Notes under the pieces: generated by a model
The model's database searches: none
The model's input: the letters and a program-made list of their open reading frames with translations, nothing else
Told to the model about the DNA's origin: nothing
Source: Paramecium tetraurelia
Lineage: Eukaryota
NCBI GenBank assembly: GCA_000165425.1
Contig: CT868658.1
Span: forward strand, 124,001 to 188,000
DNA length: 64,000 nucleotides
Direction: 5' to 3'
Shown: in pieces, positions 41,302-53,935 of the stretch
How the letters are laid out: each line of letters opens with the position of its first letter
How positions within the stretch are numbered: the first letter of the stretch is position 1
Made by a program: the position numbers and the translations under genes

Positions 41302-43079
41302 TCATTTAAAAAAATTCATAAATTCTTCGTATCTAATACATTAATCTTAATTTTTGTCTGCTGTTTTAAAAACTTATTGTATTTCATCATCTGTAATAAC
41401 TTTCACTAGATCTCTGCATAAAGTTGTAAATTCCTCATAATTCATTTTATTAGTCTTGCTTACATTAAATGTTTTGAAGATGTTTTCATTTGTTAGTTTT
41501 CTTCTTTTAATCTCTGCTACTAATTGTTATTGTAATTTCTATTTTCGTCATACATATATAGTTTACCTAAAGCTTAAGCTTTTCGTAGTTTTAGCCTTAA
41601 GGACAAATAATCTTTTTGAATTCATCTAAACTTATGGAATCATCATTGTTCTTGTCAAACTCAGTAAATACCTAAGGGAATTAATAAACGGAGTTTTACT
41701 ATTAATATTTCTTTTGGTTTTAAAGCAGGTGCAATTCTTCGAATAAGATTACTAAACTCATCAAGTTTTAAATCTCCTTCTTTATCTTCATCGTAAAAAT
41801 GAAATATTTAATCTACATTTAGTTTATTATTTGCTATAATCTCTTTTAAGTCCGATATTATTCTTTAAGCAAAGTTTTTAAGATCTGAAAAATCATTCCC
41901 ACTAAACAAAACCTAAAACTCATTTAAATTGATTTTTTATTTTCTTTGTTGATCTAAGAAATTAAATAATTTGGATGTTTCATTAGAAGTGAGTGAAGGA
42001 TCAATCTTTTAAATAAACTAAAGGAACTCATTGAAATCCAAATTTCCTTCTTTATCTAGATCATATTTAGAAAACTGTTCTTATATCTTTAATTATCTTG
42101 CTTATGCAATATATTATATATTTCTAAGTATTTATTTTGTCTCATCATCCATTTCTATTATTTTCTAAATACATTATGAAAATTTATATTACAAATGTTT
42201 TTTATGCTATTTATCTTGTATCAAGTAATGGATGATCAAAGAGATCCTTCCAACCTATTCGTTAATTTTCATCTACTTTCAAACATTGTCTGACAAAATC
42301 TAAATAGTACCAAAATTTTTACTTTTATATTAGTCAGACACTGCTTTATCTATTGGAAACCTAAGAGGATAACATTTAATATTTTTTAAATAAGATTTCA
42401 TGTCTCTACATGACCATGGCTATCTTCCATATATCATCTCATATGCTATAATTCCTAATGACCAAATGTCACATTTGGAAGAATAAGCAGTGTTTTCTAA
42501 TAATTGTGGAGCCATATATAATGGTGTTCCTACTTATTAATCGAGCACTTCATTTGTTGCTACTTTTGTGGCAAATCCAAAATCAGCCAATTTAAAGAGT
42601 CCATTCTGAATTAAAATGTTGGCAGGCTTAACATCACGATGGATATATCCTTTAGCTATCACTTCTCTAAATCCGTTAACGACTTGAATTAATATTTAAG
42701 TGGCCGTATACTCATCAAGCATAGAACCATTTTTATCCAGATACTTCGACAAATCTCCACCTTCACAATAATCAATCACAACAATCTAACCGAATTTCCG
42801 ATATTTACATTTTATTATGGGTCCATCTTGTAGTCTAAGAGCTTAACTATGTTAGGATGATTAAATTCCTTCATTATGCTCATTTCTTATTTGAAATTTT
42901 CAATCAACTATTAATCAAATAAACCATCTAAGCTAATAACTAGGATCACATTTGTAAGTACATTTAATCGCAATAGGTTTGTTAGTCTTCGAATCAACAC
43001 CTTTATATACTCTTCCGAATGCTCCTCTTCCTAATTCATCGTTCTCAGAATAGGAGTATCTATTCAAAACTTTTTTCAT
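41302..43079 (-). CDS. Ser/Thr kinase (ULK-like ciliate expansion) with about six C-terminal EF-hands
   Basis: [24 protein letters not shown] and [11 protein letters not shown]-hands [39 protein letters not shown] and DKNQDQCIRYEEF. Confidence 0.9.
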
Positions 43080-44581
43080 AATATAAATTTTTATTATGTG
43101 ATTTGACATACCCCATAAATCAATTTAAATATAAATATTAAAATTATATTCCATCAGAATCGAATTATAAAATTTTATCGAAGGATTTTTTTAGATATTG
43201 TATTTACTCCTTGTCTTCTATATGAAAGTATGAATTTTTCGGAAAAAAACTAACAGTTCACGTTTAGGAGCGTTAAATTAGTTCTTTGATTTTTATTTAA
43301 AAATTAAACTATAATCTAGTAGGAGACATCATAATCTTTAGAATTTCAATCAAAGTGATTTATTGCATTTAGAAACTAAGATAGAAAGTAGTAAATTATA
43401 AAGTAATTAGAGATATGAAAATAAGGATAGTTAAAGTGGTGATTATCAAATTCTGAAATGAAATCACAACTTCACAATTATAATTATTTGTAAAAAATAC
43501 TTATTTAAAGTCAAGTGTGTTTGTAAAAAACTAAATTAAGTGAAATCTAGAAGTTAATTATTTTTTATAGTGAAATGTAAAAAATAGAAAAGTTTTGATT
43601 TGAATTTAATATAGAATTTTAATTTTGATTTTAAAAGATGAAGATGCTATTATCACTACCTATTATTACACTCTTAAATATGAAATTGAGTAATTTAAAA
43701 TCATATTAAATAATATGACATATATGATTCTTTATGGCACCAATTATTTTAAATAGCCATACTATGTTACATAAATTAATAATTATATCTCCTTTAAAAA
43801 AGTTATTTCCAAGTGAATATTACAATTTTCATTATGTTTCATAGTTACATTTGAAATTAAAAAATTTATCAACCCTTTTAATTAATTAATAACAACATTG
43901 AAAATTATCAGTATTTAGATATTCTCATATTTTATTATATTCTCCTTTCTGTTTATGTTTTAATACTAATTAGATGATATCATATTAATATAAATATTCT
44001 ATAAGAATAAATAGTATCTATAAAATGCATATCTATCATTCTTAGTATTATCATTAAAATCAATAGTTTTGAAAATGAAAATATCTCTATCAAACCAAAA
44101 ATTTAACATTAGTTAATCGCATTTGAGAAATGTACTGCGGCAGGATATAGAATTAAATAATTTAATAAATTTAAAGAATGGAATTATATTAAAGTTAAAA
44201 GTGTTTAAAAAATAATAATAAAATCTCCAAAATTGTAAATGCTTACTCTCCTAATCAATTTTGTAGGCTTAATTTCAAAATTAAGGATTCTTCAGAAAGA
44301 TATGGTTCTAAGCAATGTAAATATATTAGACAAAATAAAAATCTAAATATAAACACAATCCATTAGAATGATATTTCAAAATCACATTATTCCATAAATA
44401 GAAAAATTGCTTAAAGTAGATAGTTAAGACCTTAATATATCTAAGTTATGCAAGAAATACAGTATTTCAACTCACTCTATAGGATTATGATCTAGCCTGA
44501 GGTATCACACATGCAGGGGAGGCTTAATATTTTATATAGATAATTTTTTAGCTATTATCACATTAAACAATCAATCAGTGT

Positions 44582-44830
44582 TCAAATTATTGCACAGTCA
44601 CAAATTTATGTTTTTTTATTCATTTGGGGTTCTTCCAAATTGTATTCTTTGAAATTTTCAACAATGTGAATTTCGAATAATGGGCCATTATTTGCTTGGT
44701 CCCTAAAAATAACTTTATGCGAATTGTTGCCCTTTAAAATAGGATTATTGAAAGCGTCTTTTCTAGGTTTTTAGGCAGTGAGTGGAGGACTTACGTCAGT
44801 CAATTAAATAGAACTTACATCAGCATTCAT
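44582..44830 (-). CDS. small protein (~72 aa) with KVxF motif and C-terminal CaaX
   Basis: MNAD|SSTH...RKDAFNNPILKGNNSHKVIFRD...VENFKEYN...CDCAII*; one 29-nt intron. Confidence 0.7.
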
Positions 44831-44940
44831 TTTATAATATTTAATTTTTTGTATAGTTCTCATCACTAGCGATGAAATAATCATTTTCATAATGAAATAA
44901 AAACTATTTAGATAATAATTAAATGATCAAACATCATAAA

Positions 44941-47900
44941 TCACATCAAACCGAATCCTTCCGCATTATCTAGAGAGATTTTCAACTTTTCTTTTAAAGT
45001 TTCCTTATTTTTGTAAAATGGCAACAATAGTACATTAAAACAAGTATGAGCTGATGGCAATTGTTCAGTATCTAAGTATATATTATGATAGAGAAATACC
45101 TTGTCCATGTTTTTAAATAACAAACTTGATAGATTTGAGTCCTCCAACAGGGATCCTATCTGAACCTGTGCAGAAGAATAAAAATCTTTTCTGCATTTCA
45201 ACATTCAATTTATGGATGCAATTCCAAAAATATCTTGATATTGATGTTTAAAATACCTAATATATTCTGAATCACTTTCATATCCATCATATTTGGTTGA
45301 TGCCTCTAAATCCTTCATATCAAAGGTTGGCAAACCTATAATCAATTACTGCAATTCCTCTCCTGAAAACAACTATGGTGATTAAAACGTAATATATACT
45401 TTTATACCATCCCCATCAACAACTGTTTTAAACCCATCTTTCAACAGGTCAAATTATTTCTAAACTAATTTGTTCAAATACCAATCTATATACAATTATA
45501 TATATTCTTCTCTATTCTCAATAGTAACATTAATTTAGAATCCATTAGGCTATATCATATAATTGATGGCAATACCTTCAGATCCTCAAAATAGTTTTCT
45601 CCCCAAACCTTGTATGTGCCATTAAAGGTAAGACCGAGACTTTCGACTACCTTTGGATCAGTCTATTCTCTCAGAAATTGGAAACCTGTATAAGTCTCCA
45701 TGTCTAATTCCTTTAGGTCTTCTTCCTTTAACTTCTCTCTTTGCAATTTCTTAAATAAAACTGTTGGAAATCGAACATCCAACAATACAGAGTTATAAAG
45801 AGATAATCCTAAGAGCTTCCCTATCAAAGAATAATAGATTGGCATTTCAAAAGATTGAGGATTGAACCAAAATACAGTGTCATTGTTTTTTGGAATGAAC
45901 ATACCATAATCTGGAGTGACCAACTTCTCCATAATCAATCTGAAAAATTCTCTTTTTGGTCCTCCCTCATCAACTCCTTGTTCATTTACAAACTGAACCT
46001 TTAGAGGGTTCTTAAGCGAAACCTAAGTTTATTATAACTATTTGATAGCGGACTCGATAATATTATCTCTTTCTATAGTTAAGGATACAAATTAAGGGAA
46101 AATACCATATGCTCTCCTTCTGGTATCATACTACTTCACTTTGCATTCGATAGAGAGAAGTCTAGATTTAAATTCGATTGGCATAGCCCAAGGATATTGG
46201 CAGAAAGTAAAAGAGTAACCCCTCCAAACTTTTGCATTGAAAATTTAGAATTATGTGAATTCCTGTCTGTCTGCGTCGACTTTATAAAACTGTTGTATGG
46301 AATTGATAATAAATTCAGAAGCTGGGATTCTAGGGTTCTTGATATTCGACTTGTAGATGACGCTGTATAAATCAAAGAGTCCTTTTAATCTTTAAATGTC
46401 GTCAATATCTAAAAGGGGCCTAATAGGGGCATTTTTTTAGATATTGATTTATTGTTCAATTGCCTTTTTTGTAATCGATTAAAACTGTTGAAGTTCAGTT
46501 TTATCAAGTTTAGTCAGCCATTTAGATAATTAATTTGCTTACTGTTGACTCAATCTTCTTATAACTGTTAATATTATAAAAGGCTTTTCGTCTAAAATCT
46601 TACTAAGACAATTTCTAAATTAGAGGATCAAATAAAGAGCTCTCAGTTAATATAAATTTGTAAGTGGTTCAATATCTTCTACTTTTCTTTAGAATAAATT
46701 TTTAATTATTTGCATTAAATTATCTTTCTACTAATTTAAACCTTAAGCTATTTGCAGAACTAATAAAGAATTTATTTCTGCATTTTTTGGGTTTATCTGA
46801 TATATGCCTTAATTCTTATTGTAATTTTCTACAAAGGATATTCCAAATAACTCTAGAGATTACGAAATCTTCAATAAGTATTAGATAGGATCTGTTTTTA
46901 TTTACACCGAAAACGGAAGTAAGTTGTCAGTAATGTTTTTTTATTTTGAACACATTAATTCCCATTTTACTTCTTCATTTTCAATCAAAACTTAGCAAAT
47001 TCCTTAAATGTCTTCCTTTGCAAATCCTAAATCTGAATATCCATTATTCAATTTGCATTAGGGAAATTCACACACTATTTTACCACAACCATACAATGCT
47101 TTTTCCAACAAAAGGGCATTATCATATTCAATTGTTTATTCGAATTTTTTGAATTGCCAATCATTCAATTCAAGATCGATGATTATACAATTATCCCTTT
47201 AACTTTACATCTGAAATATTATCAAATTTTCATTCAAGATATCTCCATCTACTTGTTTAATCTTCTCCATTTATTAGATCAACAAGTCTGCTTTAAAAGT
47301 CTTATGTCGTGGACACCACACTCGGACATTATTTATCTTCTTTGGTTTGAATTACTCCTAAAATGTATCTCTCAATAAATTTGTCCAAGCCTTTATCTCT
47401 GAGTTATAATCTACTTAAGCCTTTGCTGTATATAGTTTATTGTCTATAGGAGACTAATAAATCAGAGTAAACTTAAATAAATTTTATCAATACTCTTGCT
47501 AAGTTAGGGAATATCTGCTTTCTTTTAAGACTTTCGTTATAAAATCCCACTCTGATTTGTGGTTCGATTGATTGATAAATTTCATTAAAATATTCATACA
47601 CTTTTTTCAAAACCTAGAATTTCTATTACATAAATTACAAATTCGTAATCCCATTCATTTTCCAAATATCGAATGCTAGAATTATAAACATGATTCTCAG
47701 GGAAGTACCTAAACAATTTCTCATTGTTTATTAAATCAGAATTGATTTTATCAGGCTATTCATATTTAAATTCAAAACTTTCTATCGAGGGTCTAATTAT
47801 ATTTCTTCCATTTCTTCATCATAATCTACATAATATTTCCATTATTTTATGAATTTCTTAGATATCAAGTAGTACTCCATCCCTTCTTTATCTCTGAGGG

Positions 47901-48014
47901 ACTTATCTAAAATCTACATTCTAAAAATAAAATTACTCTTTTTCCATCGTCATATATCTATAATTCCTAAAAAAATGGGCTATTTTGTTGAAGCATTTAG
48001 AAGAGATTAATCAT
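44941..48014 (-). CDS. HECT E3 ubiquitin ligase with N-terminal DUSP-like and AZUL-like domains
   Basis: C-terminal [14 protein letters not shown]...EGFGLM and [27 protein letters not shown] zinc-finger-like motif; [16 protein letters not shown]...PDKINSDLI...DYEFV DUSP-like segment. Confidence 0.85.
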
Positions 48015-48087
48015 TAAAATAATTAATATTCAGATTAGTATAATTTAGTTTAATATTCTACAAACTCATAATTCTTTTACAACTGAT

Positions 48088-48778
48088 TCATCTTTTCCTT
48101 GAATTCTACACATTAATCAAATTATAAACTATTATTGAAATAACCCACTCATCTTGATTCTCCTCACATATGTGTTTCTTGCTATCTAAATGTAGAAACT
48201 TAATTTTCTTACTTTGATCACATCAATAAATTTGACGAATATATGATAATTCAATCCCTTCCTGTTATAATGCATCACTTAAACTATAAATACCCATTAG
48301 AATTCTTTCAAAATTCATAATGCTCAAAACCTATTTGATTTAAATTTTCTTATTATTTTAAGGAAACTACAAATATTTTTAAATTATAAAATTCTTAATT
48401 TGCTTAATTTTTAAATTTCATCTTTCTTTCCCTTCCTAATCTGATTCCTTTCTTTTCAATAGTTAGTTATTTCATAACTTACAAATCTATCATTTTCTTC
48501 ATTAATAATACCTTATTTTCTGCTAAATTTCTTGTTTCTGTTTCTAATTTAAATTTAAATTTTAAGAGTTACTTGAACAAATCCTTTAATATGGTTAATA
48601 TGCCTTGAACAAAACCCTTTTTCTAATTCTCTAATATTCCTAATACATATTCTCCTTAATTTCTATAATTAATTAATCATTCTTTATAAAATGCTTATCT
48701 TTATCAATTTCATATCTCATATGCTACTTATAACCTATTATTTATTGAATAAATTTGAGCTCATTTACATTTAGTCAT
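48088..48778 (-). pseudogene. possible degraded gene
   Basis: Coding-like segments and intron-like GTA...TAG spans, but no consistent frame; in-frame TGA within RQIY*CDQSKK; boundaries approximate. Confidence 0.25.
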
Positions 48779-48822
48779 TTATTTTTATATACATATAATT
48801 TAAATTAGAGTATTTTTAATTA

Positions 48823-50589
48823 ATGTAACAGGACCAGAACCAAGGAATGGATCATCAGGTTGCTGATAAGGAAATGACTGTTTAGGAATAGTTATTAGAG
48901 CAATAGAAGAAATTTAGAAACTTAGAATCAGACAGAAAAGCTTATGCAGAAGAAACTGTTGCGAACATTAAAAAACAAAGAGGAATTATAGATAAACTAA
49001 AGAATGAAAATTACATTCTGAAGGACTTAATAGCAAAGATGAACTCCTAAAAATTATAACTTAATCAGACTACCTATTCTAAAGGACCTAATATTGACAC
49101 TATAATTGATGATTTGAAAGTTGCTATTAATGAAGAGAAGAAAGTGCAGGAAGAAATTGATACTCATGTGGCTGATTTTCAAAAGAAAATTATAGAAAAA
49201 AGACACGCTTTAGGTGGATACAATGCAGGGGCTGAAAATGAAAGTGCACTGCAAAAACAAATTAAAATTTTGGAAAATAGATTAGACAAAACAAATCAAA
49301 AATTTAATGAAGCCATAGCCATCAATAAATAATTAAGATAATAAATAGATAGTCTACGCAGAGAAAGAGTTATTTTTGATAATCTCTATAAAAAATTGGA
49401 GAAGGAATTGCATGAAAAAAGAAAAGTATATCTACTACATTATTATGATAGGAAATGGCTGATATTATAGAAACTGCTAATACTGCTTATGAGGAGAGAG
49501 ACAAGGCAAATGATTTAATTTAAAGTTTAAAATAATAGGCAAAGAGAGAATCTGCTGATTTCGAAAAAGATCTCAGAGAATTGAGTTAGATCATGGAAAA
49601 AAATAAGAAAACACTCGATTATATGAAATTAACAGAGAAGAACAGAGAAATGGATGCATAGGAAGTAGTCGATCCTGATAAATTCACTAAACCTAAAACA
49701 AACAAACTAACTAGAGATAAGACAGTCAATTAAACTATTGTTGAATAAATTATGAAATATGAGGAAGACTTTGCTAAGATCTAAGCAGCCACATAAATTA
49801 AAGTATTTGATGAGCTCATCAAAATCTTTATTTAGAATGAAGAAAAAGTAAAATATATATTTACATCCACAATAGAATTTTTAGATGTTTAAATATGTTA
49901 ATGAGTTAAGCAATGAAATTGAAGATCTAGAAAAACAAATAGGAGAACTAAAGGATGAGGCATCCTTATATGAAGGTCAAGGTTCTAATGTGGATGTTTA
50001 AAGAAAAAGACATCTCAAAGATTTAGAGGAGAAACTATCAAGATCAGAATAGAAATCTGAATAATACGAATTCAAATATAATGAATCTATAAAACTCATA
50101 AGTAGTTTAACAGTAAATCAAGCATTTCTATTTTTTAGAATTGGATTGAAACCCTATTCAATACAGTTGAATGCGATAAATAAATGGCAACAGAGATAGC
50201 TGGATCTCATGGGGTTACTGATACCAACATGATGATTTATTTGGGACTGATAGAAAACAAAACGAATAAATTATTACAATACTATTAATAAATTCATTAG
50301 AAAATATCAGAAAATCAAATAAATTCATTGCAACAGTTAGCCTAAATGAATGAGAAGAACCTTTAAAATAAGAATAGGGCAGAATTGCCACAATTTGGTA
50401 ATGCAATAATGTTATTTTAGATGAGCATGAGGATGATGACATTGAAGGTGATAAAATATTGTCAGTGGAGGAATTCAAGAAAAAAGCTCTCGAAAAACTT
50501 GAAGTATTTATTTGGCTTTTATTTAGAAATAATAAAATTAAACTAAAAATAAAAGGGCTGGACCTAATAAATTAAGAAAAAATAAATGA
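48823..50589 (+). CDS. ODAD1: outer dynein arm docking complex subunit 2 (ODA-DC2/CCDC114 family)
   Basis: FRNLESDRKAYAEE, IKILENRLDK...KFNEAIAINKQLRQQIDSLRRERVIF, NFQMFKYVNE and NMMIYLGLIE; several introns. Confidence 0.9.
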
Positions 50590-50614
50590 TAAGCATTTAT
50601 TTATATAAACATAA

Positions 50615-51151
50615 TCATTTCGACTCTATTTTTATTTTGATATTTGGTTTTGGGGGTGGCTTTACTAGAGGAATTACTCTTGGTCTAATGCAATTTTCAA
50701 TGAATTCATCTTTTTAGTATTGAAAAGGAGGATGCATGGTTACAATGTGATCTTTATCTGGCTTCAAATCAACATAATGCATGTATGGATAGATTTTACA
50801 CTTCTGATTGAAGTCTCGGAAATACTAATTTAATCTTTCAACGCAATCAGGATGTATTTAATTGGATTACAGGCTGAGTTAAAACATGAAATCCTAATGA
50901 GTCCATTCTGTATAATCACTTTTGAGACTTGATTACATGGTATCTGGCTAGATATTTTCAATAATCTTCAATGATTCCAGCAATGAAGCTTGAGCTCTCA
51001 AATCTGGAACGTACCTAATGGGAATGGCAGCAGGTTTTTTTTTAACGATTGAATTGCTTTCAGGCTATTTAGTTTTAATCACTTCTTGGATTTTTGGTTT
51101 CTTTTTGATAGGTTCTAAGTAGATGTCATCATTCTCAACCAGCGATTGCAT
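50615..51151 (-). CDS. hypothetical protein (178 aa, intronless)
   Basis: ATG 51151 to TGA 50615 open in code 6. Confidence 0.65.
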
Positions 51152-51170
51152 TTTAATAATTTTCCAAATA

Positions 51171-51437
51171 ATGAAAAAAAAAATATAGTTAACTCAAAAA
51201 ACTCAAGTATCAGATTAGATGATTTTACCACCCTTGATCATAGAGGCTCGCTCTGTTAGTTTGAAGAAACATGAAATGAATCTGAAATAGGAAAACATTT
51301 TTACTAATGTTTTTAGTTCAAATCGAGGTTAGCACATACTAAATTTATAAAGGAAAAAAAAAATGCTCTAAAATTAGTTACAAATTGTAATTGAAATATA
51401 ACATATCAAAGGTGAACAAATCTCATTTTACAAGTGA
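51171..51437 (+). CDS. small basic hypothetical protein (88 aa)
   Basis: MKKKIQL...ILPPL... ORF starting 19 bp from the divergent ATG at 51151. Confidence 0.4.
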
Positions 51438-51691
51438 TTAACTGTCAGAAATTTATTATTTCAGAAGCAAACTTAACAAATAGTTTAAGATAGATTGATA
51501 TATTTTTATATGTATTTTATAACTGAGTTTATTGATATCATTAAAATAGTAGAAGTCACAAAAACTTGTTTATCTGCAGAATAAGCAATATGACATACAT
51601 ATTTCCAATCTAAATTTAATAATAATATTAAAAGTGGTCTATTATATATTATTTCATCGTTAAATGTGTAAATTATAAATAAATATTACAA

Positions 51692-52226
51692 ATGCAAGAA
51701 ATAGAGGCAAAAAAGCAATTAAAAGCAAGTGAAGGGGCACATTTTTTTTACACTCTAATATTCTTATCGGCTTCAGGAATTATTGAGACTTAGTTTATTG
51801 AATAAAAATGCAATTAGAATCTTCAGTTATTTGTACATTTGGTTTTCTATGGATTAATCATCTGGGGAACTTACATACTTATTACTTTAATTCCAAGGTA
51901 GAATATTTAGATGAACATAGATATAAAAATGCTGCGATTAATCTTTTTTTTAATTTCTTGGATATTTGTTTTGGCATCTACATCATTTTACTATTGATTT
52001 ATGGAGGAAGAATGTATTAGTCACCAAGCGATTGTTAAACTGAAGCTCCAGCATTATTTTTCTTCTTAGAAACCTTTTTGCTTGTATTTTGTTTTAGGAA
52101 ATTTATTAGGTTAACGGTATCATTTTTGCAATTTTGTTCTTGGCATTCATTTCGTATGTTCTTAAGAGATTTTCGAAATCTTAATAAGTGTATGATGATA
52201 ATAAAGAAGAATTTTACGATGCTTGA
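51692..52226 (+). CDS. small four-transmembrane protein
   Basis: Four hydrophobic helices with a Cys in each of two loops; two introns; acidic tail ending EEFYDA*. Confidence 0.8.
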
Positions 52227-52245
52227 TATTATTTTTATTATATAA

Positions 52246-53935
52246 ATGAATAATACAATTTAAAGTATAAGAAGACCTGTAACCTCTTAAAATTATAGAT
52301 CGAGTGACAAGTTGGAAAAACAAAATAATGAAAAACTGCCCAATTTAAGTGAGGTTATGAGTCTAAAATTGAAATAACAGAGCGAGAAGGATTTATAGGA
52401 GCTTATAATAAATTTAGTGAAAAAGGTTCAACAATAGAATTCTGCATTAGCATTAAAAGAAAAATAGATTTTGCAATATGAATTCATGATTAAGTCACTT
52501 TAGATAGCAATAGACAAACGAGATTGCATAATCAGTGCATTAAGAGTCGAAAAATAGTAAATTGTTGAAGTAGTGAATCCACTCAAAAATGTTGTTAAAT
52601 CAGATGAGTCTTCAAGGTAGTAGAGTTTCAGAGGCAAAAAGTCATTAAGAACCAGAACCAAGGACACTAATTTTGATGAAAATCTCAGTGCTATTCTTGA
52701 TTCAGATTATGGTACTTTGTATTCTCTAGATTTAAAGCTTTGTTAAGCTAATATGTCAAATGTTATGAAGAACTCAGTCATTTGAGTTAAATAAAGACTC
52801 TAGTTTCTAATGAGGAGTAGTTTCTTGCAAATATACAAAAAATGGAACTCAGTAATATTGTGAATATATTTGATGCAATTCAGTTAGTATTGCATGAACA
52901 CAAATTGTTATTTAAAAATGTGATTAAGTAAAATAAACTATTTCAAGCTTGTTTAGAAATGCATGAAGTATTTGTATAGAATAAACTAGCAAATTCCATT
53001 AAATGATCAATTAGAAAACTTATAGGACCTATTAAAAGATTGTCTGAATTGTGATAGAGTTTAAGTTTATGTATTGGACAATGAATAATAAGAATTGTGG
53101 GCTAAGTTGAAGGATAGAGTGTAAAGAATCCAAGTAGGTGAGGATATAATAGGAGCATGTTTTAGGAGAAAGGAATTATTAATGTGCATAACGCTTATAA
53201 TGATCCTAGATTCAAAAAAGACAATGAAAAAGGGTACAAAACAAACACCATTCTATTATGTCCTATTTTAGACAAGTAATAGAATTCTATCGGAGTTATT
53301 ATGGCTGTTAATAAAATAAATGGACACTTTAATAATGATGACCAACTCTATATAACAAAGACTTCAGAATCGACATCTATCTTATTGAGAAATCATCAAC
53401 AATCCAATGAATCAATCAGTATTTAGAATGCACTTAGAAATGTGATTTATGTATTGATCATTCTATGTTAGGCATAATTATAACTTATTTATATGAATGA
53501 TCTGGAAGCCATTCTTTTTGAGTCTGAAAACTTATTGAAGAATCTGTTTCATACTCAAAAAGGACTGATTTATGTTGTCAATAATAATAGGTTACTTAGA
53601 GTGAACGAAAAAAAGCTACTTGAGATTTCTCAATTGGGAGTAGGTATCATTGGAGAAGCTCATATTACCAAAGAATTCTTATGCATTTAGAATGCCTATA
53701 ACCACCAATCATTCAACAGTCTCAGTTTGTAAATAGATGATTGATATGTTTAGTTGATATACAAACTACTATGCCAATTTATTGCATTGAGATCTAAGGG
53801 AAAACTCATTGTCTTATTTTATAGGTTATTAATAATAAGGGGATTAGATCTTAGAAAGTCTGTTCATTTGATCAGGAATTATTAGAGATGTTTGGAAAAT
53901 TAATATTAAGCAAAATTGATTTTATATAAATATGA
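52246..53935 (+). CDS. coiled-coil + tandem GAF domain protein (apparent 1-nt frameshift)
   Basis: LNCDRVQVY...ELW, NAYNDPRF...GYKTNTILLCPI...GVIMAVNK...FNNDD, and a second GAF GIIG...NAYNHQSFN; frame break near 53160-53182. Confidence 0.75.

Noticed and set aside
44075..44371. About 100-codon + strand ORF in code 6
   Set aside because: With a single stop codon such ORFs arise by chance; no motif and intergenic-like composition.
44855..44880. Imperfect palindrome TCATCACTAGCGATGA with a C-box-like GTGATGA on the - strand
   Set aside because: The nearest CTGA is only ~45 nt away and inside the next CDS; no guide sequence or SECIS geometry.
7850..50589. Functional cluster of ciliary genes (CFAP418, DNAAF5-like, CFAP119-like, ODAD1)
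   Set aside because: They are scattered among unrelated genes on both strands; ciliary genes are abundant in ciliates and no shared element was seen.
51210..51290. Possible box C/D snoRNA (ATGATTT...CTGA)
   Set aside because: Poor C box, no recognisable rRNA complement, and it lies within a plausible small ORF.
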